Both the position numbers and the translations under genes were made by a program. 64,000 nucleotides of DNA, from positions 17,050,001 to 17,114,000 of the forward strand of contig CM059448.1 of assembly GCA_030390025.1 (NCBI GenBank), written 5' to 3'. The DNA comes from Squalus acanthias. Its lineage: Eukaryota. Under the pieces are notes generated by a model. That model was not told where the DNA came from. It ran no database searches and was given only the letters and a program-made list of their open reading frames with translations. Positions 49,095 to 61,623 of this stretch are shown here, piece by piece (positions within the stretch are counted from its first letter, which is position 1; every line of letters begins with the position of its first letter).

Positions 49095-49512
49095 CCTGCA
49101 GCCTCCTTCTGAAAACATTGACTGTTGGTGGGATATGCTGCTGGCAGCTCCCAGTGCCTTGTCCCTGTGGCCAGTCTTCATATTTGAGCCGAGACCATGT
49201 GAGTCTAGTGGGCTATTATTGTTCCATAGGAGGCATCACTGTTGATGTCAATCCTGTCCTCACCGGGTGGCCAAACGATGGGCACTTTCCAGCAGGGGTT
49301 GCTGGGTGGTGCTCGAGAGAACAAACCCTGGATGAGTTTCTAGCCCCCTGCCTGGACCTGGGATGCTGAGGTCAACTGTGGTGCCCAAAGATCTGCCCTG
49401 GCTGAGATCAGTTGGTTCAGCAAAGGCCAGGGACTGAACTGGAAACCTTCCTGGTCTGTACGACGCATTTACACACTGGGCAGTGCATTTACCAACTGAG
49501 CCACCAGGGGAG
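49095..49512 (-). mobile_element. Family X SINE-like repeat with well preserved head
   Basis: Minus strand tggtggctcagttggtaaatgcactgcccagtgtg...cagaccaggaaggtttccagttcagtccc (A box, then B-box-like). Confidence 0.65.
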
Positions 49513-50309
49513 GTTGTTTAAGATAGTTTCCTTAAATATGTTTGGGTGTGATATCTTCCCTGATTAGATTTCAGTAAATAAACGAACAGTATGCGCAGTG
49601 GTGGGGATGAGACTTGTTTAATATGGCCATGGGTACTTGCTGCTGTGGCAGCAAACTATGTTGCTGCAGTGCAAGAGGTCTTGAGAGCACATGAGGGTAA
49701 ATTCAGCAAGGCCCAGCTCCAGGTGCAGAGATGGAAGATGGCAGTGCAGAGTTGAGTCGTAGTGTTCAAGCTCACTCACTGTTCTGCATTCCTGTTTGGA
49801 GCGGTTCCATAGCAAGAGTCTTGCCTCGCTGAATTTACCCTATTTTAATCACAGGAGGTTGTGGAGCTATTTTATAAAAAGTATTCCCAGCTCTCAAAGG
49901 GTTAGCGTTACCAGTTATCCTATTGTGGGATTTAGTTTTGTGGAATACTGTTTTCCAGACAGGCTATAGAACCAGTGGGGAAGATTTTGTCTTTCTTTTT
50001 TGTAGCAAAATCGTACCTGTACGTCTAACGGTAAGCTCACAGTTTCACAACAAATAACAAGTAGAGGAAACCTTGCCCCAAATGAGAACTGTCAGTGGGG
50101 CAACTGACTTTCATGACATTATTTCAAAATGCGCTTTTGAACAGCCACATATTCTTGCCATGTAATTTGGAGGGATTTGCAATTTATCTTGCTCGGCTCT
50201 GTAATGCTTGCTCCAAAGTCATTAATAGACTCCGAGAGTCAGGTACGTTGGTAACGGTGCTGATAACGTGTCACTATCTGATTTCCTATCGACTAATAAA
50301 AAGCGCTAT

Positions 50310-50692
50310 ATGATTTGCAATTTTCAGGATGTGCCAAAGCGCCCAATGAATTACTTTTTTTAATTGAAGTGTAGTCACTGTTGGTATGTAGACAGACAAC
50401 TTGTGCACAGCAAGGTACCACAAACAACAAATGAGGTGCATGAACAGTTGACTGTTTTTGGTGGCGTTGGTTGAAAGAGAACTATTGGCCCAGACATCGG
50501 GAGAACCGTATCCCTTCGCAAAGTGCCATGTCTGTCTGAACAGGCAGTCAGGGCTTTAGTCCAAAAGATGGCATCTCTGACAGTGTAGCACTCCTTCAGC
50601 ACTAGATTATGTGCCTAAGTCCTGGAATGGGGCTTGAACCCACGATCTTCTGAATCTGAAGTGAGAGTGCCACCACTCAGCCAGGCTGGCAC
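50310..50692 (-). mobile_element. DeuSINE, diverged copy
   Basis: tgaagtgtagtcactgttg block, Deu core, ggggcttgaaccc B box. Confidence 0.75.
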
Positions 50693-51004
50693 TTGCTATT
50701 AAATTTCTGTTTTTAATTCAGTCAGTAAATCTATTCCTACATATTTTCTTGTCAGTTATTGTTTGCTGACTAAACTTAGGGGACAGAGATTAAACGCTGA
50801 GGTCACATTTTAATCATCGATTTTATTGTGTAACAGATTTATGTAGTTTTTTTGATACAACAGGAATATAATTAGTACAACGGTCTCTGATTTCCTGGAA
50901 GAGACAATCTTTTTGTAGACTAAGGTCTCACAACTGACTATATTAACTTGTTAATTAATTTTTTTTTCTAGAAATCACAAAGGGAAGCAGTGGCTGGGTG
51001 TAAG

Positions 51005-52508
51005 AGCGTCCTTGGACTAGATCTAGTTATGAGTAATGAAATAGATCAAGTAGATGAATTAAAAGTGGATGAGCACCTCTGGAGTAGTGACCATAATATT
51101 GTAAGAATTAAGGTCAAAATAGACAGGAGAAAAGTTAGTACAAAAACAAGGGCTCCAAATTGGAGTAGGACAGATTTTAGAAAGACGGAGATTGAGCTAG
51201 CTGAGGTGAGTTGGAAAGATAAATTGGCAGGCAGGACTGTAGATCAACAATGGGATATTTTCAAAATGGAGATTGCAAAGATGTAGAATAAATATATGCC
51301 ATTCAAAAAAAAAGACTACTTCCAGTTTCAGAATGCTGTGGATAAATAGAGGTTAGAAACAAACTGAAATTGAAGAAAAGGGCATATATGGCTTATAGAT
51401 ATGATAAGAGCAAACATGAGAAAATAAGGAAACCGGTTAAGAAAGGCATAAGGAAACCACTAAGGCAGTATGAGGAGAGAATCTTAAAAATATAAAAACA
51501 GTAAAGTATTCTACAAAAATGTCAGTAAAAAGAGAATTGTTAGACTGACTTGGGACCCATGAGATGGGACCCATGAGTTGAAGATAGTGAGATAGTAGAG
51601 GCTGTGGAAATTGACTGGAATACTTAACAAGTGCTTTGCTTTAGTGTTTACAAAAATGAAGGGTATTGGGGAGGAAATGGTTCAGTGAGATGAGATGTAT
51701 AATAAATAAAAGGAAAGTGTTCGAGAAGTTAGTTAAACTAAATGAGAACAAAGTTCGGGGACTTGATGGGATACATCCAAGGATCCTGAGGGAAATAGGG
51801 GAGACCCTAGAAATTATATTTTAGGCTACTATTGAGAGTCGATGTGTGCAAGAGGACTGAAGAATGTAATGCCCGTTTTCAAAAAGGGAGGCAGGGCTAG
51901 TCTGGGTGATTACAGTCCAGTTTAACATCTGTGGTAGGGAACTGTTGGGAATCTTTAATTAAAGACAAAATTACTAAATATCTAGATGGAAAGAAAATAA
52001 TTAGAAGCAACCAACACCGATTTCAGAAAGGAAGATCATGCTTGACAAACCCGATAGCGCTCTTTGAGGAGGTGATAGACATGGTGAAGGGGGGAAATGC
52101 AGTGGAAGTGGTGTACATGTACTTTCAAAAAGCCGTGACAAAATACCTCACACGAGATTACTGGAGAAGATTGGAAGGAATGGTTCAAGGGAGGGTAGCA
52201 AATTGGATTAAAAATTTGTTAGAAGTGAGAAAAGAGAGCAAAATTAAGAGCAGTTTGTCAGAGTGGTTGGAAGTGGATAGCTGTGTCCCGTAGCGTTCTA
52301 TTCTGGGACCACTTCTGTTCACTGTGCACATTAATGGTTTGGATATAGGGCTAGAGATGTGTCCAAATTTATAAACAATACTAAAATAGGATGCATAGTA
52401 AACCATTCTGATGAAGAATAAAGGAAGCTGTAAGGGAATACCTGCAAGTTGAAATTCAAATTCAGTAAATGTGAGGTGGGGAATGTTGATTTAAAAAAAT
52501 AAAATAAT
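51005..52508 (+). mobile_element. CR1 LINE ORF2 remnant (endonuclease end and RT); 3' end resumes at about 54575-54712
   Basis: LDLVMSN..EHLWSSDHNIV, GLDGIHPRILRE, QHRFQKGRSCLTN, VVYMYFQKA. Confidence 0.88.
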
Positions 52509-54574
52509 GGGCTGGAAATTGCTGCAATGGCGAATTTGGCGGCTAATTGGACTTTTATGCTTATCATTGATATTGCACGATATTTGCGCTGCAAATTGCT
52601 GGAACGTCAATCCAGTAACGGCGCAGCGCTGTCAATGTTGCATCTGGGACCTCGTAGACGTCCTATGAGGACCTCTCCGAGGAGCTGCACATCTGACGGC
52701 TGGGCCTCTTCAAGGATGCCATTGCGCATCTTGGCCTACTTTATTAAGATTTGCAGACTCGCTTCACTGCCACAACTCCTCTGTGGCAATTAAATTGTAG
52801 ACAACCCTCACTTTTTTTTTTATGGCTCCGGATCCTTCCAGGCTGCCACTGGGATCCGTGCATCATTAACCAGGGAGCTGTCGGCGCGTGCATCGGGCAG
52901 GTGACGGACACCCACTTTCATAGAGCAGCCGAACTCATTCACTTCGGCATCAGCCCCAGGCGGCAGAGCCGGAGTCTTCTACAAGATAGTTGGATTCACC
53001 AGGGTGCAGGCTGCCATGGTGGCAGGCATGTGGAAGCAGTTCTATTCCCAGGATATCTATTCCTCTGTGGTATCTACACTCGTCAATGCAAGGGGCATCA
53101 GAGGGCAGCTTCTGTAGCAGCTCCTCATTGACTGATCCACTGCAGTGGCAGCACCTCCGTCTTTGGATCATAGCAGGACCTTGCCAGGAATCCTCAGCCG
53201 TGTGAAGAAGTCTGAACCTATGGAATAGTCTTATTTCCTGACTTACTTTAATGTTCAGAAATAACAAATCATGAGACGAGTGCCCAGTGTATTTCAAAGC
53301 AAACATTTCTTTTATTGCAAGCTAAAGGGGTGGAAGGTTGGAGTACAAGAACATAAGAAATAGGAGCAGGATTAGGCCATATAGCCCTTCGAGCCTGCTC
53401 CGCCATTCAATAAGATCATGGCTGATCTTCGACCTCAACTCCACTTTCCCGCCTGAACCCCATATCGCTTGATTCCCTTAAGTCCACAAGTCTATCGATC
53501 TCGGCCTTGAATATATTCAACGACTGAGCATCCACAGCCCTCTGAGGTAGAGAATTCTAAATAATCACAACCCTCTAAGCGAAGAGATTTCTCCTCCTCT
53601 CAGTCCGAAATTGCCGACCCCTTATCATGAGACGATGCCCCCTAGTTCTAGACTCTCCAGCCAGGGGAAATAGCCTTTCAGCATCTACCCTGTCGAGCCC
53701 TCTCAGAATCTTACATGTTTCAATGAGATCACCTCTCATTCTTCTAAACTCCAGAGAGGATAGGCCCATTCTATAAGGTTGTCAGTTAAGGAGTGTGTGG
53801 CATTTGTGATGGGAGAGGTGAATTAAAAGGTGTGTGTGTGTGTTGGGATTAAAGAGTGGAGGAAGGTGTTTTGAGAGTGCTGTTTTAACAGGGTGAAGCA
53901 TGTGATGGTGGTTAGGGAGGAAAGGGGGAATGTGGCGACATGCTACCCTTGCCTGCCCTTGTGAAGTGTTTTCACTTCTTTCTGCACTGTTGATCAGTGC
54001 TGGCACGAGTGAGTTGGGAGCCAGTGCCAACTCCTTGCAGGCGGCACGACTGATATTGGTGTCCGGCTTCGTGAAAGAAAGACCGAGGAGTGCGAGGCGC
54101 CTGTCTTATACCTCTTGGAGAAGGGATTGGAGGTCTTCATCAGAAAAGCAGGTTGTGCCTCTTCTGCCTGCTGTCCTAGCGTGGTACCCAGTGCGCACAG
54201 CTGGCACCTAAGTGGCCACGGTGGTGCCAATCTGGACTGCTGCTGTGGGTAAGAATTGTTGTCGAGTGATTATGTGGAAATCCCCAGTAAAACCACTTGT
54301 CACCTGCTTGCCTCACCATCAGACGGTGTTTTGCTGCTGCCAGGAGTCTGCAGAGTGTTTTTAAAGAGTTATGCCGTTGTACGTATGCTTCCGGGGAGGG
54401 AAGGATTGAAGGTGGAGGTGTCGGCAACTTACACAGTTTCTACACTCTAAGTTACACCAGAGCTGCGCCAAGAATATTTAAATTAACTTACCCCAGGAAA
54501 CTTGCGTGTGGCTCCCTCTGCTGGTGAATGGCTTAACTTGCCAGCGTTACTGTCATTGAAGAAACTCCGGGCTC
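52509..54574. mobile_element. Degenerate Harbinger DNA transposon with convergent HARBI1-like transposase (+) and Myb/SANT-like (-) remnants
   Basis: Plus ~52800-53035: GSGSFQAATG / DPCIINQGAVGACIGQVTDTHFHRAAELIHF / FYKIVGFTRVQAA; minus ~53945-54160: FSDEDLQSLLQEV*DRRLALLG...AACKELA.../QQCRKK; imperfect TIRs (15/23). Confidence 0.72.
53345..53774 (-). mobile_element. Young CR1 3' end inserted in the Harbinger fossil
   Basis: ORF 53575..53769(-) LGLSSLEFRRMRGDLIETCKILRGLDRVDAERLFP-like; aagaacataagaaatagg tail; aaggttg on both flanks. Confidence 0.9.
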
Positions 54575-54774
54575 ATGTCAACATTTAAGAATAGGGTAGA
54601 TAAATGGTTGATGTAACGGTGAATAATGGGAACAGAGCGGGCACATGGGATTAGAACTACTGCTCGTATGGAGAATAAACTCCAACACGGATTGCTTGGG
54701 CTGATTCTATGAACCGGGGCAGGTTTCTAAGCTACGTTAGTGCGCCTTGACCGCTATTTATACCAAACCCTTGA

Positions 54775-54916
54775 GGGCAATTTTAATCTAACCCAGCGGG
54801 CAGGAAACTGACGGGATTGAAGTCAACGGAAAGTAAAATCAAATGGGGTGCGAAACGGACAGCCGATCTGATCCCATCAGTTTCCCCACTGAGTGGGTTG
54901 AGGTTTAAAATGACCC
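54775..54916. mobile_element. Fold-back MITE-like element
   Basis: gggcaattttaatctaaccc..ggaaactgacgggat pairs imperfectly with atcccatcagtttcc..gggttgaggtttaaaatgaccc. Confidence 0.6.
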
Positions 54917-55427
54917 GCTTTGTGTTGACGTGAAATAGTTTCAGCTTCGCATCGACACAAACTTGTGTAACTGGGGAAGTTGTCCAATTCAGAGTTTGGC
55001 AAGTGATGCAAGAGCTCCCTGTCGGGAGCGCAATGTCATAAAATTGTTCCATATATACGCTTTGAGTTAACAAATAATACCGGGGACCCGAGATCCCACT
55101 TTTAATGAAAAACTTGATCTGTCGTTCTCTTTAATTAATGACCCACTAACAAAAGTACGTTCTGAGAAATTGCGTGTTCCAAAGCTGCGCATTTGCTAGT
55201 GGACCTTTTTTAATTACAGAGAAAGATGGGCATTCACCTGCTTTTCATTATAAAAGGAAATTTTGGCCCTTGAGCATTTAATCCTGGCTAATTCTAAAGC
55301 ATGGTGTTAAAACTGGAGCAGATTGTTTCTGATTGCTTTGTGCAATCTATGCTGCTGTTGCAATGTTTGTGTGCTGGTGCTTGGCAAAACCTTTACTTTT
55401 TATCTCTGTGGTTAGTGTGGAGAAGAG

Positions 55428-55546
55428 CAATGTTCCCTTTACGTTGCGCTCTGCAGCTCCCGCGCGGCCGGCTCACTGGTACTGTGAACGGGCCGCGCAG
55501 CCCCTTAAAGGGGCTGTGCACCCAAAAAGAATTAAATTGAACATTG
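55428..55546 (+). mobile_element. hAT-type MITE, same family as 4662
   Basis: caatgttccc...gaacattg; flanks gagaagag / gagaggag (7/8). Confidence 0.75.
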
Positions 55547-56110
55547 GAGAGGAGGTAGGTTTTTCATGCTGCTCATGTGGGGGGGAAACTTTGGAAAGCA
55601 CAGCCTCTACTTTCTGTACCCTTTCCAGTCACGGTTTTGACTGTGGAGCCGATTTGCCTCTGCTTTGTGCCTAGGAAATGTTCAGTTCATGGGCGCAAAG
55701 CAGAGGGAAAAGGGACAGAGACCCAATGTCACGGGTCTTCAACCTCTTCATCTTGTCCTGCAATTTCTGCTGACCTCTGCAAACACAAGCTCAAGTTGTT
55801 TAAACCTGCTCCTAACTAGAACTTAGGCAAAATAAAATCAGGGCCTATTTGTTTGCTGTTGGTGCTAGTGGCATCAATTGGTTCTGAATTAACATCCAAT
55901 TTCTTTCAAAGAGCTTTGTTTTTTTTTACCATATTACAGGACAGGCGAAGGGATTTAAGGAGGGAATTTCAGCGAATGGGACATAGGTGGCTGAAGGCAT
56001 GACTGCCAGTTGTGGGGTGAAGGGAAAGGCTTATGCACCAGGGGTCAGGGTTAGAGGAACAGGGAGGGTTGGGGAAGCCGTTACAGAGATGGGGAGGGAT
56101 AGATTTAAAC

Positions 56111-56387
56111 CAGGGGCGGTGTTAGGACTGCAACCCGGCAACTGCATGGGGTCCTGAGCCTGTTGGGGATCCCAGACAGTGAAAGGACATCTTCAAAATA
56201 GTAATAGCTGATCATTTTGTTAACTTTTTATATTGTCTGTTGTTAAACATGCCTTTTTCATGATTGTACGTGTGTGGATTTGCCACCAGATTATGTAGGC
56301 AGTATTTAGTATCATTGCCCAGTAAAATGTAGGGGCCCCAAACCAAACCTTTGCACAGGACACCTCACAAGGCAAACGCTGCTCCTG
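56111..56387. mobile_element. Second hAT-like MITE family
   Basis: caggggcggtgtt / aacgctgctcctg imperfect TIRs; flanks atttaaac / attaaac. Confidence 0.5.
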
Positions 56388-57258
56388 ATTAAACGCTACC
56401 ACGTTGTACTTGTGTGCTGGGAATTTTTGGTAGATTTGTCAGGGGATGATTATTGCTGAAAATCTGTCTACTAGCCAAGGGGCAAGTCCCATTGAAATGA
56501 ATGAGAAGGGCAGGAGACGGTTAAATACTTTGATATCTGACCATGTATTTTCCAGGTGCCATTTTCTATTGTTTCCTCTAGGTGGCACATCATCCCACTA
56601 AAGATTGAATTGCCTGCAGTTTAACTTCCTTTTTTTTTAGGAGGTCGGTGGGGGGGGGATTTAACTACAAAGTAGCTGCTTCAGCCGCATTGAAAAACAC
56701 AAGCAGTATTCCCATTTACACATGCCCCGTCAGTTGTCTTTGCTTCTTGATTTGAATAGATGCATTTTTTCTTTTATTTTTCTGAAGACTTGCACCTGTT
56801 AAAGCTGCCACTTTGGATCGAAGTATTTCAGGCACATTTAAAAATTGTGTTATTAAGTCCATAAGCAGATTTAAATTTTCTGAAAAATACAGACCTTAGT
56901 TTTAAAACATTTTTTCAGGGTTTGCTGCAAAAATTTACTAAAGAGGAAGTCTAGTCACTAGTCAGTGTGAGTTTACAAACAACTAGTGTTCAAGTTGCTG
57001 TGTCCCACAATAACAATTCCTATTTTTAAATTTTAATGAGAATTTTTCCACTTACTGAACATCTTATTCTGACTGCAATCCATTTGCAAGAATTTTTATT
57101 CCTCTTTTTTCCTTCAGTTATCTCCCCTTTCCTCCTCTCCTGAAGGCCCTGACTTCTTGCTGAAGTTTGGTCACTCTCCAGTACCTCATCCAAGGAGCCA
57201 TCCTTCATGTGTGATTTTAGATGGGCAGTGTCAACAGGTAATCCAACTGTGGAGGATA

Positions 57259-58350
57259 CGACAACAACTTACATTTATATAGCGTCTTTAACATAGCAAA
57301 ATGTCCCAAGTGGCTTAACCAGAGCGATATTAATAAAATTTTTGGCACCAAGCCACAGGAAGGCGAGATCAGGCCTTGATCAAAGAGGTAGGTTTTAAGG
57401 AGCATCTTAAAGGAGGAGGGAGAGGTTTGAGGAGGAAATTCTACAGCTATGGGCCAAGGCAGCTGAAAGCATGGCCACCAATGGTGGAGCAATAAAATTG
57501 GGGATGTGCAAGATGCCAGAATTGGAGGAGCGCAGAGATCTCGAAGGCTTGTAGGGCTGGAGGAGGTTACAGAGATGGGGCAGGGCGAGGTCATGGAGGG
57601 AATTGAAAACCAGGATGAGGATTTTAAAATTGAGGCGTTGTCAGACTGGGAGCCAGTGTCGGCCAGCAAGCACAGGGGTGATCACGGGTGAACGGGACTT
57701 GGTGCGAGTTAAGATACAAGCAGTAGAGTTTTGGATGAGCCCGCGTTTATGTAGGGTGGAATATGGGAGGCCGGCCAGGAGAGCATTGCAATAGTCAAGT
57801 CCAGAGGTAATAAAGGCACGGATGATTGTTTCAGCAGCAGATGAGCTGAGGCGGGGGCGGAGTCAGGTGATGTTACGGCGTTGGAAATGGGCAGTCTTGG
57901 TGATGGAGCGGATATGTGGTCGGGAGCTCATCTCGGGGTCAAACACGAAACCAAGATTGCGAACGGTCTGGCTGCCAGGGATGGAATCGGTGGTCAGGGA
58001 ACGGAGTTGCGGATCAAAGGCAATGGCTTCTGTATTCCCAGCGTTTAGTTGGAGGAAATTTCTGCTCATCCAATACTGGATGCCGGACAAGCAGTGTGAC
58101 CAATCAGAGTCCGTGGAGGAGTCAAGAGAGGTGGTTGAGATGGAGCTGAGTGTTGTCCGCGTACATGTAGAACCTGATATTGTATTTTTGGATGATGTTG
58201 CCGAGGGGCAGCAGATAGATGAGAAATAGAAGGGAGCCAAGGATAGATCCTTGAATGGAACCGGGCAAGGGTAGTTCCACCCAGCTGGACGACGAAGGAG
58301 AGGCTTTGGAAGAGGATGGTGTGGTCAACTGTGTCGAAGGCTGCAGAAAA
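57259..58350 (-). mobile_element. L2 LINE 3' portion inserted in a family X copy
   Basis: Minus ORFs SAAFDTVDHTIL, QGSILGSLLFLIYLLPLG..FYMYADNTQL, WMSRNFLQLNAGNTEAI; (caa)n tail. Confidence 0.9.
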
Positions 58351-58887
58351 GACGGTCGAGTCCAATCCTATCTTGGTATCCTTAGCTATTTCCTGCCCAC
58401 AGCCCTTCCAGCAGTGGTCGGTGAATAACGATCAGGCATAAGAACCTTGCTCAATTTTTCCTCCCATTAACTTAGAGGTGTTGGGCCAATTGTAGTATCT
58501 CTGCCATCGGCCAAGATCAGTTAATTCAGCGCAGGTTGGAGATCAAACCTGGTTCTTCCTGGCCTGTGTGGCTCAGCTGAGTAGTGCCATCAGCTGAGAC
58601 ATTTTAAAGATTTAATATCGATGTCCACAATTGGGCATTTTGGCAACAATTGTCCATTTTGCACTGCTAGTCGCTGGGTGGGGATCTCACTGGAATATGG
58701 AGATCAGCATCACTGTACTTGTAAACTCAATGTGTAGTCCTGGGGTTTGGTCTCCTCTTGTTGTTTCACTCAAATTCTTGTCAGCCACCGACCGTATCTG
58801 GTTGAAGGAGTGAGCGGATGACCTGCCCCAAGGCTTCTGCCATAAGCTACTGCTGCCAGTCTTTGTGAGAGCAGACTGGAGACCTTA

Positions 58888-60610
58888 GCCGTGATTTTGC
58901 CGACCGAGGCGGGGTCGTTGTAACAGTCCCAGTCCCAGTCCCAGCCCGCTGCCTACTGCAGCCCGCACTCTCCAAGTGATTTTACATTAATAGGGCTTGT
59001 TAAGCCCGCCCTGCGAGGTTTCCAGCCAATTAAAAGGAAGCGGGTCTGATGTCATTTGATGACGCGTCATCAGCCGGTTTCCTTAAAGGGGCCATGTCCA
59101 AATTGATTTTGATCGTTCTACTGTCAGTGTTCTGCAGCATTGAGGTGCTGCAGAACACAGACAAGCGGTGCACGGCTGCACCCAGGCTCTCCCATGACTC
59201 TCCATATGCTTATGGAGGGACTCACGGCATGCAGGGAGGTTCTCGACACCTCCCCAGGAGATCAACGCAGCCTGGTTGCACATTGCACAGGAGGACACAC
59301 GCAGGGATGTGGTCAGGAGGACCAGGCTGCAGTGGTGCAAACCTTTCAATGATCTCAGTAGATCACAAAAAGTTACTGCAAAGCCACACTCAACCTCATC
59401 CTGCTGTGCCTCTGATCACATCCCCATCACTCTGTCTTCCCTACCCTATTCCTGCACATCTTTACTCACAACAACTTACCTTGCACCTCCACCCATCCCT
59501 CTCTGTCTACATTATCACTTCCCCATTTCACTAGCCACCCCTCACACTCACCGTCATCCTACTGCAATCATACCAACTAACAACACACAAAGGTAGGCAC
59601 TTGGGTGGTTTAGCCAATGTTTATGTGAAGTTTCTGGTAATGTGCTGTCAAACATTGAAACCTTTATTTTCAGCACTTTGCGTTCTTGGACAGATTTGTG
59701 TGCACCTTTGGAAGTGGCTTAGTGAGTTGCAGTGAATGGTGAGACGTAAGGGTACCCCCCCCCCCCCCCCCACCCCGCAATGGTGATGAGTGTGAAAGGA
59801 ATGGCTTGGACATTGTAGGGATGCTTTATGGTGTTGGTGTGGGGTGGTGCCAACCTGGCGCGTCATGTGGCATCCAGGGTGTACTGCGCCAAGGTGAGGC
59901 CATCCCTGGCCTCCTGGGCAGCGATGTGGTCGGGTGCTGATGCTGCACAGGACACGGCATCAGTTGATTGCGGAGAAGGCTGCTGGTGGTGGTGTTGCTG
60001 CTGGTGATAGTGTTGGGGCTGATCTTGGTGGGATTCTGAGGACCAAGGTGAGATATTTTCAAGGGTAATGATGCTGATGGAATAGATGGCAGGTTGAGGT
60101 TGAGATGACAGAAGCGATCTGTCAATGGTGAGAGAGGTTGTTCCAATGAGGTAACACTGGATAGAGAGTTGGCTCCAAACACTTGCAAGCTGCAGAAAGC
60201 TCAATCTGTCTTCCAGATGCAGAAACCAACAGTTTCTGAGCTATGAAAGTGAAGAGCTGTAACATGGGATCTTTATACAACGTTGGCAGCTGTCAGGTCA
60301 TGGGATAATTCAATGCTGAATCCACTTACGCCAGGGTGAGCTGACTTGTTCCCCGAGCAGCGGGTAACCTGTGGGGGAGCACGTAAAATTGAAATGTAGG
60401 CTTAAAATAAGTTAATTGGATGTTAACAACCCATTTAATGATGTGAATTGCTTCCCCCGCCGCTTGGTGTCTGGTCTGTTCAGCGCCGACAGACCCGACA
60501 CCTGGGAGACTCGCGTGGAGGCAGGTTCCCTACCCGCTGTCAATCTTTGCTATTTTGACAGCTGACCTGCCTCCGAACCCGCCCTCTGAGCGCCGGCAAA
60601 ATTCAGCCCC
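58888..60610 (+). mobile_element. Harbinger-derived element with Myb/SANT-like remnant
   Basis: Ends gccgtgattttgccg / cggcaaaattcagcccc, tta on both flanks; frameshifted AAPRLSHDS..LMEGLTACREVL..HIAQEDTRRDVVRRTRLQWCKPFNDL at ~59170-59365. Confidence 0.7.
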
Positions 60611-60839
60611 TTATCTCTGATTCTCACTGCCTTCTCTGTGGAGCATACTGTTGCCTCTATTTGACACCTGCACTGCATGGCCATTACAGGCTTTTTTTTT
60701 AAAAAAAAGAACTTGACATAATGCATTGCAATACCATATTTTGTAAGTGCCGTATTTTAAGATCCAAGTGTAATGGGCATTCATAGCTTTAATTTTGGAG
60801 AATTTTTTTAAAAGTCTGCTGGACCAACAAAACCCAAGT

Positions 60840-61260
60840 GTCAGCTTTGTTCATTTGATCGCAGTTATGTCTCTGATTCAGAAGGTTGTAGGTTCAAACA
60901 CTCTCCAGGACTTGAGCACATAATCCAGGATGACACTTCAGTGCAGCAGTGAGGGAACATTGCCAATTTGTGGATGAGATGTAAAATCAAGGGTCCCATC
61001 TGCCTGTTAAGATGGATGTACACGATCGCATGACACTACTTGAAAAGCAGAGAATTCCCCATGCATATTGGTCAACATTCCTCCCTTAACGTCAACCACC
61101 ACCATCAGAAACACAATAGCTGGTCATTTATCTCAATTGCCATTTGTGGCATCTTCCTGCCATGATTGCCGACCTAACTGTGACTATAACTGCGAAGCAA
61201 TTCATTGTGAAATGCTTTAAGATGTGATTAGGCACTATATAAATGCATGTTTTATTCTTT
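60840..61260 (+). mobile_element. DeuSINE, old copy, sense orientation
   Basis: tcagaaggttgtaggttcaaac head, Deu core, ggcactatataaatgcatg tail; ends about 95 nt before an exon. Confidence 0.75.
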
Positions 61261-61353
61261 AGGCACATTCTAATATTTGTTTTCATAATGTCCAGAACAT
61301 TCGACATTCCGCCTTGCTGACCTCAGTTTGTTTGGGATTTTATTTTTGTTTAG

Positions 61354-61623
61354 ATTGGTATGGTGGCCTGGAAGATGCATCTGAAGTCACCAGAATGCCC
61401 AGACGGCCGTGACGTCATTGTCATAAGCAACGACATCACTCACAAGATTGGGTCCTTTGGGCCGCAGGAGGACCTCTTGTTCCTGAGAGCCTCGGAGCTT
61501 GCCAGAACCAAAGGCATCCCACGCATTTACATTGCAGCAAACAGTGGAGCAAGGATCGGATTGGCAGAAGAAATCCGACACATGTTCCATGTAGCCTGGG
61601 AAGACCCTGCTGATCCATACAAG
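61354..61623 (+). CDS. ACACA: ACACA coding exon, carboxyltransferase N-lobe, [20 protein letters not shown]...[12 protein letters not shown]...DPADPYK
   Basis: tgtttag acceptor, AAG|gtaaac donor, 270 nt; NDIT..IGSFG and NSGARIG motifs. Confidence 0.98.
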
